From NCBI GenBank assembly GCA_948470025.1, contig CAOKNG010000003.1:74-64073 (forward strand): 64,000 nucleotides of DNA. The letters are read 5' to 3'. Below are positions 1 through 11,326 of this stretch, piece by piece; positions within the stretch are counted from its first letter, which is position 1, and the number at the start of each line of letters is the position of its first letter. The notes beneath the pieces were generated by a model, which was not told the DNA's origin, ran no database searches, and worked only from the letters and a program-made list of their open reading frames with translations. A program made the translations under genes and the position numbers. This stretch comes from an uncultured Clostridium sp. GTDB lineage: Bacteria; Bacillota; Clostridia; TANB77; CAG-508.

Positions 1-1
1 A

Positions 2-421
2 CAAGCAATTTATCCAACAAAAAACGGATTGGTAGTTTTACCACCTAAAACCAATACTAGCAATAGAAAAATCAGCTTGCCACCAACGCTTGTTTCAATT
101 TTAAAGGATTACAAAAATAAATGCAGAAATGATAATAACTATGTATGTACCTTAGAAGATGGAAGTCTAATAAGTCCTAGCAGTTTAAACCATAAATTCA
201 AACAGATATTACAAGATAACAATTTACCAAGCATAAGATTTCATGATTTAAGACATTCGCATGCGTCTTTATTATTAAGTCAAGGGGTACAAGCAAAAGT
301 TATTTCGGAAAGATTAGGACATAGTAATATCAACATTACAATGGATTTATATTCACATATTTATGAGGCAACCAATATTGAAGTAGCAAATAACTTTGAC
401 GTATTCTTAAAAACAAGTTAG
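2..421 (+). CDS. tyrosine recombinase / phage-type integrase, C-terminal catalytic part (5' end outside window)
   Basis: ORF 29..421 stays open to the window edge in the same frame. Catalytic-domain motifs HDLRHSHASLLL, ERLGH and DLYSHIY (Tyr nucleophile region). Confidence 0.8.
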   Translation, partial: QAIYPTKNGLVVLPPKTNTSNRKISLPPTLVSILKDYKNKCRNDNNYVCTLEDGSLISPSSLNHKFKQILQDNNLPSIRFHDLRHSHASLLLSQGVQAKVISERLGHSNINITMDLYSHIYEATNIEVANNFDVFLKTS

Positions 422-494
422 CAAATGGTTAGCAGATTAGAAAAAATGTACAAAAAAATGAGAGAGTGGAAATCGTGAAATCTCTACTCTCCCA

Positions 495-582
495 TGGTGC
501 AGATGGCCGGAATCGAACCGGCACGGTTTATTCAACCGCAGGATTTTAAGTCCTGTGCGTCTACCAGTTCCGCCACATCTGC
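495..582 (-). tRNA. tRNA-Leu(UAA), class II with long variable arm, encoded CCA
   Basis: Reverse complement folds as a cloverleaf. Acceptor stem GCAGATG/CATCTGC, anticodon stem CAGGA/TCCTG with loop CTTAAAA (anticodon TAA), T-arm GCCGGTTCGATTCCGGC, 3' ACCA. Confidence 0.85.
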
Positions 583-770
583 ATCTAAAAACTAATGAAC
601 TGGTTTTATTTAGAACAAAAATAATTATAATATGTAAGATAGAGTATTGTCAATACTTTTTTTGTATTTTGTGAAAATTTGTGAAAAACTTTACGAAAAA
701 TAAAACTTGTGATAAGATTAATATAGAAGAAGAATAAGTTATTGCCATTAAAAAGGAGAAAAGAAGTAGG

Positions 771-1220
771 ATGGTTAATGTAGTAATTGGGGTAATTGTA
801 AAAGAAGAAAAAGTATTATTGGTAAAACGAGAAAGAGGGGATTTCATAGGACTTTTTGCTCTTCCTGGGGGAAAGGTGGAAGAGAGTGAACATATAGATG
901 AGGCAATTTGTAGAGAAGTAAAAGAAGAATTAGGACTCAAGTTAACATTTGCAAAATTATTAGGAACAGCAACAGAAGTTATGCATGATAAAGAAGAAAC
1001 AACGATGTTGTATTGTTGTGAAATGAAAATGAATATTAAACAAAATATAACAAATCCAGAATTTCAGTATAAATGGTTTTCGAAGGAAGAATTAATCCAT
1101 TCAAAAGAAATAGTCGAAAGCGATAAAGTGATGGTTCAAAAATTTTTTTATGAAAGAAAAGAAAATTATTTAAAATTAGATTGTGACAAAAATGAGGAAG
1201 GACAGTATTATTGGAGATAG
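771..1220 (+). CDS. NUDIX hydrolase (MutT-like)
   Basis: Nudix box GGKVEESEHIDEAICREVKEELGL. Confidence 0.85.
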   Translation: MVNVVIGVIVKEEKVLLVKRERGDFIGLFALPGGKVEESEHIDEAICREVKEELGLKLTFAKLLGTATEVMHDKEETTMLYCCEMKMNIKQNITNPEFQYKWFSKEELIHSKEIVESDKVMVQKFFYERKENYLKLDCDKNEEGQYYWR

Positions 1221-1232
1221 ATATTGAATAGA

Positions 1233-1267
1233 AATAATCGATACTTTTTCTTTATCGATTATTTTTT
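1233..1267 (+). terminator. rho-independent terminator
   Basis: Hairpin AATAATCGAT / ATCGATTATT followed by a T-run, just after the NUDIX stop codon. Confidence 0.6.
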
Positions 1268-1654
1268 GTGCTTCTTTTACAGATTTAACAATCTATTTTC
1301 ACAAAAAAGACATATTGGAACGATAAAATAACAAGCAGGAAAGGAGGAATAGAACAACAAAAAGTAAGATGAAAAAAGAGTGAAAATAGGATAATAGAGA
1401 TAAAAGATGTTAGGAGGAAACTAATATAAACAAATAAAAATGGTGAAATACCCGCAAAAAAAGAAAATAGAAGCCCGTCAAAAGTCAAATTTTGGCGGGT
1501 TTTGTCGATGAAAAAATCTTTACAAATGATGAAAAATGAGGTAAAATGATATTGTTAATTCATAAAAATTAAGTTCGAACTAATTTAAAGGAATTTTTTC
1601 TAAAAGATTAAAATCTAAATTTGAATTTCCAAAAAGAAAATGAAGTAGGAGTGA

Positions 1655-2210
1655 GTGATTAAAATGAAAGAACATACAAGATTGTGTGTCAGTTTGCTGA
1701 CTTTATTTGTCACGCTTGTTATTTTTGTTCAAACCAATGTATTAACGATTATGATATTTACCCTAAAAGGGGAAACAAAACAAGTGATACAAGTAGCAAA
1801 AGAAACCGAAGAGGAAGTAGTTCAAGAAAAAATGAAATGGCAATTAAACATTCCCAAAATTAGTGTATCTGGAACCATTGTAGAAGGAACCGATGAGGAA
1901 ACAATTAATAAACAGATAGGACATTTTACCAATACCCCATGCGTAGAAGGAAATATAGGACTGGTTGCAGGGTGTGATGGTTATGAAGAAAATTATTTTG
2001 CAAAACTAGAAAACTTAGAACTGGGAGATGTTATTTTATATCAATATGGAGAGGAAAAAAAGCAATATCAAGTAACACGGAAATAAAATAATTGAACAAA
2101 CCGATTGGTCTGATTTAAGTACCTCCAAAGAAAATAAATTAACACTCATTACTGGTGTGATAAATGAGCCAGAAAAAAGAAGATGTGTACAAGCACAAGA
2201 AATTATATAG
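1655..2210 (+). CDS. sortase-like protein lacking the catalytic His and Cys; needs +1 shift at in-frame CGG 2078
   Basis: ORF 1655..2086 continues in the +1 frame (GNKIIEQTDWSDL...TLITGV...RRCVQAQEII, stop at 2208-2210). It aligns to the sortase at 54375, but AGH becomes AGC and TLITC becomes TLITG. Confidence 0.6.
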
Positions 2211-2223
2211 GAGGAAAGAAAGA

Positions 2224-3715
2224 ATGAAAAAAATAATAAGATTAGGAGCAATCATTTTTTGCATAGTAATTGTTATATTCAATACAAATGTACAAGCATA
2301 TACAGTCGATACAGAGGCAAGAGCAAGTATTGTCTTTGACCAAAAACTACCATACCATTATGAAGCAGAAGAAAAGGGGAATTATAAAATATTAAGTTAT
2401 AAAAATGGAACAATATTGTATTTCTTAGAAAGAAATCAAACAAGTGTAATGACTCGTTTTACCAATGTAGAAAAACAAAAAGATGATGTATTAGAAAGAA
2501 TTTTAGAAAATGGATATCCGACGAAAACACAACAAGAATTAGGTGTTGTAACCCAAAATGAAGCACATTTTGCAACCCAAGAGGCAATCTATGCCTATCT
2601 AGAGCATAAGGACATGAATCGATATATTGCCGAAAATGAGGAGGGACAAAGAATTATTAATTGTGCAGCAAATATTTTAGAAAAAGCAAAAAAAGAAGAG
2701 GTAATAATAAAAGAGATTGATGAAGATTGGAAACCAGATGAAACAGATGGAAATAAAAGATATAAACAATATAGTATTACATTATCGCCTAAAATTAATG
2801 AGGTAAAGATTATAGTAGAAAATGGGGAAAATGTAATAATAACCAATGACCAAAATCAACCTATTACAACCGCAAGAAATGGTGACATTATTAAAATGAT
2901 TGTTCCAAAGGGAATGAATCAACAATTTCAGGTAAAACTATTATATGAAAAACAAGGAAATGGGATTTATAAAATTTACAATACGGCAAATACAAACCTT
3001 CAATACCTGTTATCTGTGGATGAAAATGTAACAAAAGAAAAAGAAATGGATATCAATTTTCAAAATTTAGCATCTGTTACGATTTGTAATCATACTTATG
3101 AAGGAAAAGGACCAATTGAAGGAAGCAAATTTTCGATTCTAAATTATTCCAATGTTCCAATAAAAGAAGATTTAGTAACAGATGAGAATGGAAGAATACA
3201 TACTTTTTTAGAACAAGGGAAATATTATTTAAAACAAACAACGGTAAAAGAAGGGTATTCATTAGCAGAAGAATTAATTGGTTTTGAAATTAAGAAATTA
3301 GAAGATGTAACCTTAACAGTATCAAATGCAAAACAGACCACAGAAGAAATCAAAAGTGAAACAACACGGAATCAATATTGTACAAGAAAACAAAAAAATA
3401 ATAGAAACGGATGTAGATAATATAACCAATATTCATCAAACGAATATTGATAAAGAAGTTACCAAACAAACGAATGAGACGAATTTAGAAGAAAAAAATG
3501 AATTTATTAATACGATTTATGAAAAAAACATAAACTATGCTACTCGTAATAATATATATGAAAATAAAATTTGGAAAGAAACCATAACCAATTCAATACT
3601 TCCAGGAAGAAACCAAACAACATACTTATCAAAAGAAGAATACCAAGCTTATATAAACCGTATGAAAACGGCAAAAATAGATGTGCCAATTTTACCAATA
3701 GCACTAAAAGATTAA
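2224..3715 (+). CDS. secreted surface/adhesin-like protein (TQXA thioester-type domain plus Cna-B/SpaA-like fold); +1 shift at CGG 3367
   Basis: RBS GGAGGAAAG precedes ATG 2224. Signal peptide MKKIIRLGAIIFCIVIVIFNTNVQAYT, TQEAIYAY motif, and GKYYLKQTTVKEGYSL typical of Cna-B folds. ORFs 2164..3420 and 3326..3715 join at ACA-C-GGA. Confidence 0.6.
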
Positions 3716-3830
3716 TATATTACGAAATACCTTCATCGCCCCTTCAAAAATCCTAAAAAAGAATTGACAGACAAAAGAGGTAAAGTATATAATAATCACA
3801 GGCAAACACAGAAGGAAAGGAAAAAAGAAT

Positions 3831-5151
3831 ATGTCACAAGTAGTGGTCTTAATTATTTTGATTTTAATCAATGGATTTTTTGCAGCAAGCGAAATTGCCT
3901 TTATTTCACTAAATGATGTAAAGATTTCAAAACAAGCAAAAGAAGGAAACAAAAAGGCAAAGCAAATTTTAAAAATGCTAGAAAATCCAAGCAGGTTTTT
4001 AGCAACCATTCAAATTGGAATTACTCTTGCAGGTTTTTTATCAAGTGCCTTTGCATCAGATGCTTTTGCTAGTCGCCTAGCACCTATTTTAAACCAGTGG
4101 ATGCCAAGCATTAGTATTGGAGTATGGCAAAGTATATCCATTATTGTGATTACGATTATTTTATCCTTCTTTACCTTAGTATTCGGAGAATTAGTGCCAA
4201 AACGTTTAGCAATGAAACATTATGAAAAAGTTGCTTATGCTACGATTGGTGTTATTCGTACAATTTACGTTGTTACAGTACCATTTGTAAAATTATTAAC
4301 AGCCTCTACCAATCTCATTTCAAAAATATTTGGAGTATCCGAAAAAGACGAAGAAATTGTAACAGAAGAACAAATTAAAATGATGGTAGATGAAGGAGAA
4401 GAAAAAGGCTCTATTGATGAAGAAGAAAAAAATCTAATTAATAATGTATTTGAATTTGATGATATTACGGTATCAGAAATTATGACACATAGAACCGACA
4501 TTTATGCTATCGATATGAACCGTGATGTAAACGAGTTAATTGAAGAATTAGATGAATACAAGTATAGTAGAGTCCCTGTTTATGATGAAACCATTGATGA
4601 AATAAAAGGAATTTTATATTTAAAAGATTTACTAAAATATGTAAAAGGAAAAAGAAATGTAAAAATAAAAACAATGATGCGTCCAGCGTATTTTGTTGCA
4701 CAATCTAAGCCGATTAACGAAGTATTTCGCGAGTTACAAAAAAAGAATAGTCAAATTGCTATTGTATTAGATGAATATGGAGGAACCGCAGGGCTTATAA
4801 CAATGGAGGATATCTTAGAAGAATTAGTAGGAGATATTTTTGATGAATATGATGATATTGAACAAGAATATGAAAAGATAGATGAAAACACCTATTATAT
4901 TAGTGGCAATGTTACGATTAATGATGTAAAGAAAATTTTAAATGTACCAATACCAGATGGGGATTATGAAACGTTATCTCGGATATTTACAAGATATTTT
5001 AGGAAGAATACCAGAAGATGAAGAAAAACCAGTCATTGAAACAAAGGATGTTACTTATAAAATAGAAGAATATGAAGATAAAAGAATTTTGAAAGTAAAA
5101 GCTTGTAAAAACAATAATATAGAAAATGCCAAGGAGGAAAAAGAGGAGTAA
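3831..5151 (+). CDS. CNNM/HlyC/CorC-family membrane protein (DUF21 + CBS pair + CorC_HlyC); +1 shift at CGG 4980
   Basis: ORFs 3831..5021 and 4942..5151 join at TCT-C-GGA, giving ...DYETLSGYLQDILGRIPEDEEKP. Domain order is typical of TlyC/CorC proteins. Confidence 0.85.
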
Positions 5152-5206
5152 CGAAAAAGTAATAATTTTCATAAAGTTTTGTGCCTCGAAGAAAGGAAAG
5201 GAGCAA

Positions 5207-6739
5207 ATGATGGAGCAAAAAAAAGTAGTAATTAGTGTGTTTATCGTGTTTATAATAGTAGCCATTTTTCTAGGGTTCTATTTTTACCACGATTACCAAA
5301 ATAAGCAATATGAAGTAGAAAAAGTAACAAGTTTTCAGTATTATGCAATTTATGAAAATGGAAAAATGGGAGTTATCGATTTAAAAGGCAATGTTTTAAT
5401 AGAGCCTAAGTACGATAATATAAAAATACCAAATCCAGAGAAAGCCATTTTTATTTGTCAAGATGGAGATAAGATAGTTGTACAAAACGACAAAAAAGAA
5501 ACCTTATTTCAAGAATATGAAGAAGTAACACCAATTGATATTAAAGGAATTGCAACGAATATTCCTTATGAAAAAAGAGTGTTACGATATAAGCAAGATG
5601 GAAAATATGGATTAATTAATTATGAGGGAAAAATTGTAACAAAAGCAATTTACGAGGAAATAGAAGGGTTAGAGAATAAAGAAAGTGAATTGTTAGTAAA
5701 AAAAGATGGAAAATATGGCGTCATTAACCAAAAAGGAGTAAGCCTTTTAAAGATAGAGTATGATAGCATTGTTGGGGATGGTTATTACGACGAACAACAA
5801 GGGTATGCGTTATCTGGATATATTGTATCATTAAAAACACAAGAAGGATATCGCTATGGTTATATAAGTGCAAAACGTGAGAAAATACTAGAAGTAAATT
5901 ATAATTCCATATCTCGTGTAACAGGAGTGGAGTCAGATAAAGAGGTTTATTTAATTGCAACAAAAAATGGACAAACTGGAGTTGTAAAAAATGGAAAAGT
6001 AATGATTCATTATACGTATCAAACATTGGAATACGATGATTACAACAATCTCTTTATGATTGAAAGAAACGCAAAATATGGTGTAATCGATATGACTGGA
6101 AAAGAAATTTTGCCAGTTGAATATGATGAGATTGAATCAAAAGGTATTTATTTGCAAGCCATGAAAGAAGAAACGGCTACGTATTTTGATATCGAAGGAA
6201 ACCGACTTGAAAATAATGAATATGAATCGGTTTTTAAAACAGACAATGAAAACTATTTAATTACGATTGATGTAGAAGGACAATATGGAGTAATAAATGC
6301 AAAAAAAGAAGTAATCATACAAAATACGTATCAATATTTAGAATATTTATATGATGATTATTTTATTGCTTCTAACGAAAGCTATTTAGGAGTGATTAAT
6401 ACATTAGGAAAAACAAAAGTAGAGTTTCAGTATGATGTATTACAAAAAATAGAGGATACAAAAGTATTAGAAGCAAAGAAATTACAAGACAATACAACAG
6501 ATTTATATTCGAGCAAACTAGAAAAAATTTGTACAAAAGAAAATGCTTCTGTATACGCATATGAAAATGATATTGAAATTTCTTCAAAAGGAGAAGTCGA
6601 GTATTTTGATGTAGAAGGAAATTCATTAAAAGAAAACCAAACTCAAAATCATCAACATCCAGAAACCATAGGAGAATACCATAGAGTCTATTATGGCTAC
6701 GGCGAAAGTTATTACACAAAAGAAACAGAAGAAGAATAA
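5207..6739 (+). CDS. WG-repeat (KWG) protein with N-terminal TM anchor
   Basis: RBS GGAAAGGAG before ATGATG at 5207. Many repeats of GKYGVIN..G..I.P.YD.I. Confidence 0.75.
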   Translation: MMEQKKVVISVFIVFIIVAIFLGFYFYHDYQNKQYEVEKVTSFQYYAIYENGKMGVIDLKGNVLIEPKYDNIKIPNPEKAIFICQDGDKIVVQNDKKETLFQEYEEVTPIDIKGIATNIPYEKRVLRYKQDGKYGLINYEGKIVTKAIYEEIEGLENKESELLVKKDGKYGVINQKGVSLLKIEYDSIVGDGYYDEQQGYALSGYIVSLKTQEGYRYGYISAKREKILEVNYNSISRVTGVESDKEVYLIATKNGQTGVVKNGKVMIHYTYQTLEYDDYNNLFMIERNAKYGVIDMTGKEILPVEYDEIESKGIYLQAMKEETATYFDIEGNRLENNEYESVFKTDNENYLITIDVEGQYGVINAKKEVIIQNTYQYLEYLYDDYFIASNESYLGVINTLGKTKVEFQYDVLQKIEDTKVLEAKKLQDNTTDLYSSKLEKICTKENASVYAYENDIEISSKGEVEYFDVEGNSLKENQTQNHQHPETIGEYHRVYYGYGESYYTKETEEE

Positions 6740-6754
6740 AAATGTGAAAATATG

Positions 6755-6790
6755 CCAGTAGGGGTTGCATATCATGCAACCCTTTGTAAA
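6755..6790 (+). repeat. REP-like hairpin element, family 1 (GTAGGGG + palindromic core)
   Basis: CCAGTAGGGG-TTGCAT-ATC-ATGCAA-CCC. Near-identical copy at 48609..48637. Confidence 0.7.
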
Positions 6791-6807
6791 AAGGAGAGAA
6801 ACAGAAC

Positions 6808-8055
6808 ATGTACCAAGAATTTGGAATCAAACAAAACATATTAGACCTAGCAAATGAGGTAGAAAAGGAAATCAAACCTATTTTTGAGAACATCAATCAA
6901 ATCTGCGAACAAAACAGTCTAAAAGTACTACAAGCCTTTCGAAAAAACAACATATCAGATATGCATTTTAACAGTACAACAGGTTATGGCTATGGAGATG
7001 TTGGAAGAGAAGCTATAGAAGCAATTTTTGCCGAAGTACTAGGTGCTGAAGATAGCCTAGTACGTGGGCAATTCATTTCTGGAACCCATGCACTAACTGT
7101 GGCTTTATTTGCTTTTTTAAGACCAGGAGATACCATGCTTAGTATTTCTGGAAAACCATATGATACCTTAGATTCAGTAATTGGGTTAGAAGAAAATGCA
7201 AGTTCTTTAAAATCCTTTGGTATTCACTACGAGCAAATTGATTTAAAAAATGATGAGTTTGATGAAGAGAAAATTATAACAAGAGTAAAACAAGGAGGCA
7301 TCAAACTAATTGAAATACAACGTTCTAGAGGATATAGCCTAAGAAGCAGTATCACATTAGAAAAATTAGAAGCGATTATCCAAAAAATCAAACAAATTAA
7401 TTCAGATATTATTATCATGATAGACAATTGCTACTGTGAATTTGTAGGAACCAAAGAACCTTTGCAAGTAGGAGCAGACGTCATTGTTGGTTCTCTAATC
7501 AAAAACCTAGGAGGTGGAATTGCTCCAAATGGAGCCTATATTGCCGGTAGAAAAGACTTGGTAGAACTAGCAGCCCAACGTCTAACCTCACCAGGACTAG
7601 GAAAAGAAGTAGGTCCAACCTTAGGAATCAACAAATCTATTTTACAAGGACTATTCTTTGCTCCAAGTGTTGTAGCAAGTAGCTTAAAAACAGCCGTATT
7701 CGCAAGCCGAATGCTAGAAAAATTAGGCTATCATCCATCCCCAAAATACAATGAACCAAGAGCCGATATTGTACAAACCATTGCATTTGGCAACAAAGAA
7801 GACCTAATAAAATACTGCCAAGGAATTCAAATGGGTTCCCCAGTAGATTCAAATTCCATTCCAGAACCATGGGATATGCCAGGCTATACCGACCAAGTTA
7901 TTATGGCAGCAGGAGCCTTCACACAAGGTTCTTCCATTGAACTATCTTGCGATGCCCCCATTCGCCCACCATATGTAGCCTTCATGCAAGGAGGGCTAAC
8001 ATACGAATACGGCAAATTAGGAGTACTAAAAGCAATTAGTAATATGGGAGAATAA
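6808..8055 (+). CDS. PLP-dependent enzyme, YnbB / aluminium-resistance (Met gamma-lyase-like) family
   Basis: Full-length ORF. N-terminal LQAFRKNNISDMHFNSTTGYGYGDVGRE and overall layout are typical of this family. Confidence 0.75.
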   Translation: MYQEFGIKQNILDLANEVEKEIKPIFENINQICEQNSLKVLQAFRKNNISDMHFNSTTGYGYGDVGREAIEAIFAEVLGAEDSLVRGQFISGTHALTVALFAFLRPGDTMLSISGKPYDTLDSVIGLEENASSLKSFGIHYEQIDLKNDEFDEEKIITRVKQGGIKLIEIQRSRGYSLRSSITLEKLEAIIQKIKQINSDIIIMIDNCYCEFVGTKEPLQVGADVIVGSLIKNLGGGIAPNGAYIAGRKDLVELAAQRLTSPGLGKEVGPTLGINKSILQGLFFAPSVVASSLKTAVFASRMLEKLGYHPSPKYNEPRADIVQTIAFGNKEDLIKYCQGIQMGSPVDSNSIPEPWDMPGYTDQVIMAAGAFTQGSSIELSCDAPIRPPYVAFMQGGLTYEYGKLGVLKAISNMGE

Positions 8056-8056
8056 T

Positions 8057-9317
8057 ATGAAAGTAGTTGTCATTGGAGGAGGACCAGCACGGAATGCTAT
8101 GTGCAATTTGTGCTAGTAAAGAAGGAAACAATGTTGTTATTTTAGAAAAAATGGAAAAGTGTGGTAAGAAGTTGTTAATTACAGGAAAAGGAAGATGTAA
8201 TATTACAAGTAGCTTACCTATAGAAGAATTTATTGCAAATGTTCCGGGAAATGGAAGATTTTTATATAGTGCATTTTCGAATTTTACAAATGAGGATATT
8301 GTAAACTTATTAAAAAAACATGGTGTGAAAGTAAAAAAGGAGAGAGGAAACCGTATCTTTCCAGAATCAGACCATTCTTTGGACGTGTTAAATGCACTTA
8401 TGGAAGAATTAGAAGAACGTAAAGTAATTGTCAAAACACATACCAAAGTTACAGATATTTTAGTAGAAAATGGAAAAGTAGTAGCAGTAGAATATCAAGA
8501 AAATAACGAGAAAGTTAGTACAATCAAAGCAGATAAAGTAATTTTAGCAACTGGTGGAAAAAGTTATTCCAAAACTGGTTCTACTGGAGATGGTTATGAA
8601 ATAGCAAGGAAACTAGGACATCATATTACGAAAATTCAACCTTCATTGGTATCACTTCTTTGTAAAGAACAAAAATTATGTGCAAGCTTAGAAGGACTTA
8701 GTTTAAGAAATGTCAAAATAAATATCAAAAACCAAGAAAACAAAAAAGTCATTTACGAAGATTTTGGAGAAATGGTATTTACGAAAAAAGGCGTTTCTGG
8801 ACCAATCATTTTAAGTGGTTCTGCTCATTTATTACGCACAAAAAATTTAGAAAACTTATTAAAGACGAATAAAATTATTTTGCAAATTGATTTAAAACCA
8901 GCACTATTAGAAGAGGTGCTAGATAAAAGAATTCAAAAAGATTTTCATGAAAATAAAAATAAGCAATTTAAAAATAGCCTAGACGAATTATTGCCAAAAA
9001 AGATGATAGAACCAATTATTTCTTTATCGAATATTCCAAGCCAGAAAAGAGTAAACGAAATTACCAAACTAGAAAGGCAAAATTTAGTCCAATTATTAAA
9101 AAAATTTACATTAACCATAACCGATTTTGGAAACATCGAAGAAGCAATCATTACCAAAGGAGGCATTGATATAAAAGAAATTAGTTCCTCCACCATGGAA
9201 TCCAAAATTATAAAAGGACTATATTTCGCAGGAGAAATCATCGATGTTGATGCCTACACAGGCGGATTTAATTTGCAAATTGCCTATTCAACAGGGTACA
9301 CGGCGGGTAAAAATTGA
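8057..9317 (+). CDS. HI0933/BaiN-like NAD(P)/FAD-binding flavoprotein; +1 shift at CGG 8090
   Basis: ATG 8057 gives MKVVVIGGGPA-[C]-GMLCAICASKEG, which restores the GxGxxG fold and joins ORF 8067..9317. Confidence 0.85.
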
Positions 9318-9318
9318 G

Positions 9319-9370
9319 TAAGAACCCCCAGTCAGCTAACGCTGACAGCCCCCTTGAATAAAGGGGCCTC
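9319..9370 (-). repeat. double-hairpin repeat, family 3 (…GGGGTTCTTA end), inverted copy
   Basis: The reverse complement GAGGCCCCTTTATTCAAGGGGGCTGTCAGCGTTAGCTGACTGGGGGTTCTTAC matches 57579..57629, with a compensatory change in hairpin 2. Confidence 0.7.
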
Positions 9371-9430
9371 TTTTTCTACAAATGACAACGCTGTGCCTTA
9401 TCCAAAGAAATACGAAAAAAGGAGAAATAC

Positions 9431-10049
9431 ATGTTTTATACAATTGAAAATCAGATAACCACTGAATTAATCGAAAAAAAATCAAAATTTATAGCAGACC
9501 TTATTCCTGTGCAAAACCAAGAAGAGGCGGAAGAAAAAATAAAAGAAATCAAAAAGAAATACTATGATGCAAAGCATCATTGTTTTTCTTATATTACATT
9601 TGATAAAGAAGGAAAAAAGGTAGAAAGATGTAGTGATGATGGAGAACCATCACGGAACAGCAGGTGCACCAATGTTAGAAATTTTAAGAGGAAAATCCCT
9701 ATGTCAAGTACTAATTGTGGTAACGAGATATTTTGGTGGTATTCTATTAGGGACAGGAGGGCTTGTAAGAGCTTATGCAGGAGCAACTAAAAAAGCACTA
9801 GAAGAAGCAAAATTTGTAGAAAAGCAGATAGGCAAAGAAGTACAAATTAGTTTTACATACAGTGAAGCGGAAAATTTCAAATATTATTGTAGAAAAAACC
9901 AAATAAACGTGATAAAAGAAGAATATTCCGATGATGTTAATTTTTTGGTAGAATTAACCAATGAAAAGTTAAAAAAAATGCAAAATGAAATCGACAATAG
10001 AAAATTAAAAGCGACAAGAATCGACAAAATAACAGAAAAATATATATAA
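9431..10049 (+). CDS. yigZ: YigZ / IMPACT-family protein; +1 shift at CGG 9653
   Basis: ORFs 9431..9790 and 9633..10049 join at TCA-C-GGA, giving the family signature SDDGEPSGTAGAPML. Confidence 0.85.
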
Positions 10050-10184
10050 AACAACATTACAGTACCAAAGGATTTAAAAGAAATTTGAAAAAATTTCCAG
10101 AAACATATTGCATTTCATTTTAATAAATAATATAATTCAAATTGTAAATTTTTTACAATTTTTAAAATATTAGGAGGAATTAAA

Positions 10185-11006
10185 GTGAAAGAAAAAATTA
10201 CCGTATTAATAGCAGATGATAATAGTGAATTTGCTAACAATTTGGCAGGATATGTTGAACGAGAAGAAGAGATGGAAGTAATTGGAATGGCACGTGATGG
10301 AAACGAAGCCTATGACATGATTTGTGGAACACAACCAGACATTGTACTATTAGATGTTATTATGCCACATTTAGATGGAATTGGTGTACTAGAAAAAATC
10401 AAAAACACAGATTTAAGAAAACCACCTCTTTGCATTATGTTATCAGCAGTAGGACAAGATAAAATTACACAAAGAGCAATTGATTTAGGAGCAGAATACT
10501 ATGTGGTAAAACCATTTGATATTAAACTTTTATTAAAAAGAATTAAAGACCTAAAAAATTATCAACCAGCACAATTTAAAAATGTAACCATGTTATCAAG
10601 AGAAATAAAAGTACCATATATTGACATACCAGAAGAATCCAAAAAGAGCGAAGAAAACCTAGAAGCATTAGTAACCAATGTTATTCACGAAGTAGGAGTT
10701 CCAGCCCACATAAAAGGATACCAATACCTAAGAGAAGCCATCATATTAGTTGTAAACGATATTGATGTCATTAACCAAATCACCAAGCAACTGTATCCAG
10801 AAATAGCGGAAAAATTCCACACTACCCCATCAAGAGTAGAAAGAGCAATCCGCCATGCCATCGAAGTAGCATGGGGAAGAGGCCAACAAGAAGCAGTAGA
10901 AAGCATCTTCGGCTACACCGTATCAGCAGCCAAAGGAAAGCCAACGAATAGTGAGTTTATTGCAATGATAGCAGATAAACTAAGATTAGAATTAAAGAGC
11001 GCATAA
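10185..11006 (+). CDS. spo0A: sporulation master regulator Spo0A
   Basis: REC domain (LIADD...[11 protein letters not shown]) plus the Spo0A C-terminal DNA-binding domain ([19 protein letters not shown]). GTG start after AGGAGG. Confidence 0.92.
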   Translation: MKEKITVLIADDNSEFANNLAGYVEREEEMEVIGMARDGNEAYDMICGTQPDIVLLDVIMPHLDGIGVLEKIKNTDLRKPPLCIMLSAVGQDKITQRAIDLGAEYYVVKPFDIKLLLKRIKDLKNYQPAQFKNVTMLSREIKVPYIDIPEESKKSEENLEALVTNVIHEVGVPAHIKGYQYLREAIILVVNDIDVINQITKQLYPEIAEKFHTTPSRVERAIRHAIEVAWGRGQQEAVESIFGYTVSAAKGKPTNSEFIAMIADKLRLELKSA

Positions 11007-11014
11007 GAAATTAT

Positions 11015-11052
11015 AAAAGACCTTTTTGAACAATATTCAAAAAAGGTCTTTT
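11015..11052 (+). terminator. rho-independent terminator of spo0A
   Basis: AAAAGACCTTTTT...AAAAAGGTCTTTT hairpin followed by a T-run. Confidence 0.7.
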
Positions 11053-11326
11053 TGTGACAAAATTCGACTATTGGAGAGAAATATTTTTATAAGATTACAA
11101 AAAACTTGTTCTTTTCATATAGACTTATAGTAAAGAATGATATATACTAAAAAAGCCTTCCCAAATATGGAAAGGAGGTGCATAGGATAACTAGTTACGA
11201 CTTTATCAATAGCTAACTATAATATAACATATACTATAAAATGTGTCAAACAAAATTTTTAAGAAAAAATTAATAGTATTTCTATTCTGCAAGTGATATA
11301 ATGCATGCTATATGAGGAGAGAAAAG

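Noticed and set aside
1-1300. Considered whether a prophage or ICE lies within the window, because of the integrase.
   Set aside because: Only the integrase 3' part and the tRNA are inside the window. The genes to the right (NUDIX, sortase locus) are not mobile-element genes, so the element, if any, lies upstream of position 1.
1434-1505. Small ORF MVKYPQKKKIEARQKSNFGGFCR in the NUDIX-sortase spacer.
   Set aside because: The nearest SD-like sequence is more than 20 nt from the ATG. There is no recognisable family and no terminator logic, so the evidence is insufficient.
3571-3756. ORF 3571..3756 as a possible third frame of the adhesin, perhaps carrying a sorting signal.
   Set aside because: There is no in-frame CGG or other plausible junction. 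The translation is basic and low-complexity, with no LPXTG and no hydrophobic anchor.
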